Assembly (NCBI GenBank): GCA_002269645.1
Contig: NIVC01001724.1
Span: 91,919 to 155,918 of the forward strand
Direction of reading: 5' to 3'
Origin: Macrostomum lignano
Lineage: Eukaryota
DNA length: 64,000 nt
Positions 62,201 through 64,000 of this stretch are shown here, piece after piece. A program made the position numbers and the translations under genes. Below the pieces are notes generated by a model, which saw only the letters and a program-made list of their open reading frames with translations, did not search any database and was not told the DNA's origin. Each line of letters begins with the position of its first letter. Within the stretch, counting starts at the first letter, position 1.

Positions 62201-63773
62201 ATGGGGTCCCTACTGATTCCATCTGATGTTAGAGTGGAAACAGAGTTCAAACTTCTTCCACTAACAGAACCAGGAAGTGGCACTGCAGTCTCTTCGGGTA
62301 AATAATTAATTGGTTATCTATTTAATGTGTAATAGTGGTTTTGTTTACCAATAATCTATGATAATTGTTGATTGGTTTAGCCTTATCTATATCCAGGTGT
62401 GAATATTGGTTTACCCTTATCTATATCCAGGTGTGAATATTGGTTTACCATCATCTATATCCAGGTGTGAATATTGGTTTACCCTTATCTATATCCAGGT
62501 GTGAATATTGGTTTACCATCATCTATATCCAGGTGTGAGTATTGATTTACCATTATCTATATCCTTACATCCCTTATCTATAGATGGCAAGACCGTGTGC
62601 TACTGGAGCGGCCCCCGCCTGCACTGCCTCCATGTGCCCAGCTACAGGCCAGCCGGCGCCTGGCACCTGGGCCGCTCGTCTCCGTGCACCTGGTCTATAC
62701 GCGACGTGAAATTCTTCAGCCTAGACTCTATTCAGCATCTTCTAGTGGCAGCCGAGGCAATTGAAACGGCCGATTGTCACCTGGTGATGTTGCAGTGCGG
62801 TCGATCCGCTGCCTTGAAGCGGCTCAGACTGCCTTACCGGGCCTCCTGTCTGGCCGTGCTGGCCATGCCCGACTGTCTCCAGCCCGCTTCCGTTTGCGGC
62901 CCGTTGCTTGGCGCGTTCGCTGGCTGCGCCGCTATTGGCTGCCACTCTGGTCACGTGATGCTAATTGATCTTCGACTTGACGACGACGAGCTCGGCAGCG
63001 ATTTGGGCTTCGGCGGCGGCGACAGCGACGAAAGCGGCTGGCGGCGGCGGCGGCGCTTCTTCAGCGACTGGCCCGGAGTCGGCGGCAGCGTCGGCTTCGG
63101 CGAACACAATGCCGACATCCGCGGCAGCTCAGGCGATGCCGATGTCCACTCTGGCTGTAGTGGCGTCGGCGCCTGCGCCGGCTGACGCCGTGGCGCGGCT
63201 ACGGGATGCCGCCTGCGACAGCGGCGGGCATCTCTACTGCCTGCTGGATGGTAAGGGGGGCTGAATAAAAAGGCTTAGGAAAACAGCTTAGATCGATAGC
63301 GGTGGAAATAAATTGATGTAGAGGTAGTCGATCAGAGTGGGGAAGATTAGAGTGGGAAAATGAGAATAGAGAGAAGTCAGACTTAGGAAGATTAGAGTGG
63401 GAAAATTAGAGGGAAGACAGACTTGGGAAGATTAGAGTGGAAAAGTTAGGGAAGAAAGAATTAGGAAAATTAGAGTGAAAAAATTAAATGGGAAGCCAGA
63501 GAAGATATGCTTGTACATGCTGAGCAAAAGTTAAAGTTGTGTGATGTGTCAACATGTCACCATAAAAGTCAATAAAATCTTATTTACAGACAACCTGTTG
63601 ACAAGCAGTGCCTGTTTCAAATATAAGAAAACTAACGGAGAAGTTTGGCAGGCGTTCTCCGCCGATAGCGTGTCGGTGACGGCTCTGCACTATTCTAAGC
63701 TGACCGCCTCTCTGCTTGTCGGATTCAGCTTTGGCGGAGCTCAAATCTGGAGACTGGTTGACGGCTTTCACGA
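62201..63773 (+). CDS. AHCTF1: ELYS/MEL-28 nucleoporin, N-terminal beta-propeller exons (gene continues past the window; one frameshift)
   Basis: Exons 62201-62297, 62584-63250 and 63590-63773 have matching phases. AAIGCHSGHVMLIDLRLDD, ARLRDAACDSGGHLYCLL and VTALHYSKLTASLLVGFSFGGAQIW resemble the ELYS motifs AAVVTDVGQILLVDLCLDD, HIRESVMRQGRHLCFQL and [25 protein letters not shown]. A frame change occurs near 63039. Confidence 0.8.
62380..62580. repeat. 34-37-bp intronic minisatellite abutting the ELYS exon 2 acceptor
   Basis: Unit CCTTATCTATATCCAGGTGTGAATATTGGTTTAC, about 5 copies. Confidence 0.9.
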
Positions 63774-63809
63774 GTGAGTGCGGATCAGCAAATCAGCTTT
63801 CCTGATCCC

Positions 63810-64000
63810 TAATCTGCTTTTTCTGATGCCATGTCTTCTTTTATGATCCGTGTTTGATCTCCATGTCTGTCTGATCTCCATGTCTTCTTTTTCTGATCTC
63901 CATGTCTTCTTTTCTAATCTCATGTCTTCTTTTCTGATCTCCATGTCTTCTTTTTTTCTAATCTCCATGTCTGCTTTTTCTGATCTCCATGTCTTCTTTT
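63810..64000. repeat. ~22-bp intronic minisatellite (TTTCTGATCTCCATGTCTTC)
   Basis: Runs off the end of the window. Confidence 0.85.

Overview
Eukaryotic (invertebrate metazoan) genomic DNA. GC-rich spliced exons are separated by introns filled with minisatellites, and AT-rich blocks are packed with DNA transposon relics. TTAGGG tracts and this architecture resemble a Macrostomum-like flatworm (inference). Genes supported: a TMCC/dementin-like coiled-coil TM protein (+, 7.2-10.0 kb), endonuclease III homolog NTHL1 (+, 14.2-23.1 kb), a small Cys-rich secreted protein (-, 24.5-24.8 kb) with a paralogous fragment nested antisense in an NTHL1 intron, a secreted Ig-like protein (-, 28.2-28.9 kb), a divergent nuclear receptor with an unusual CDSCKS P-box (-, 31.6-35.9 kb), an intronless 2OG-Fe(II) oxygenase (+, 50.1-50.9 kb), and the 5' exons of ELYS/AHCTF1 (+, 62.2 kb onward). 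Mobile DNA: a decayed Ty3/Gypsy pol, Penelope RT and integrase fragments, a CORE-type SINE, and three hAT-like elements with 8-bp TSDs. There are also two head-to-tail non-autonomous Helitrons (9.7 kb) carrying related 23-bp satellites, and a long-TIR Mutator-like element whose intact ORF fuses a partial PHD finger to a DDE core. All homology calls are by motif recognition; no database search was run, and repeat boundaries are approximate.
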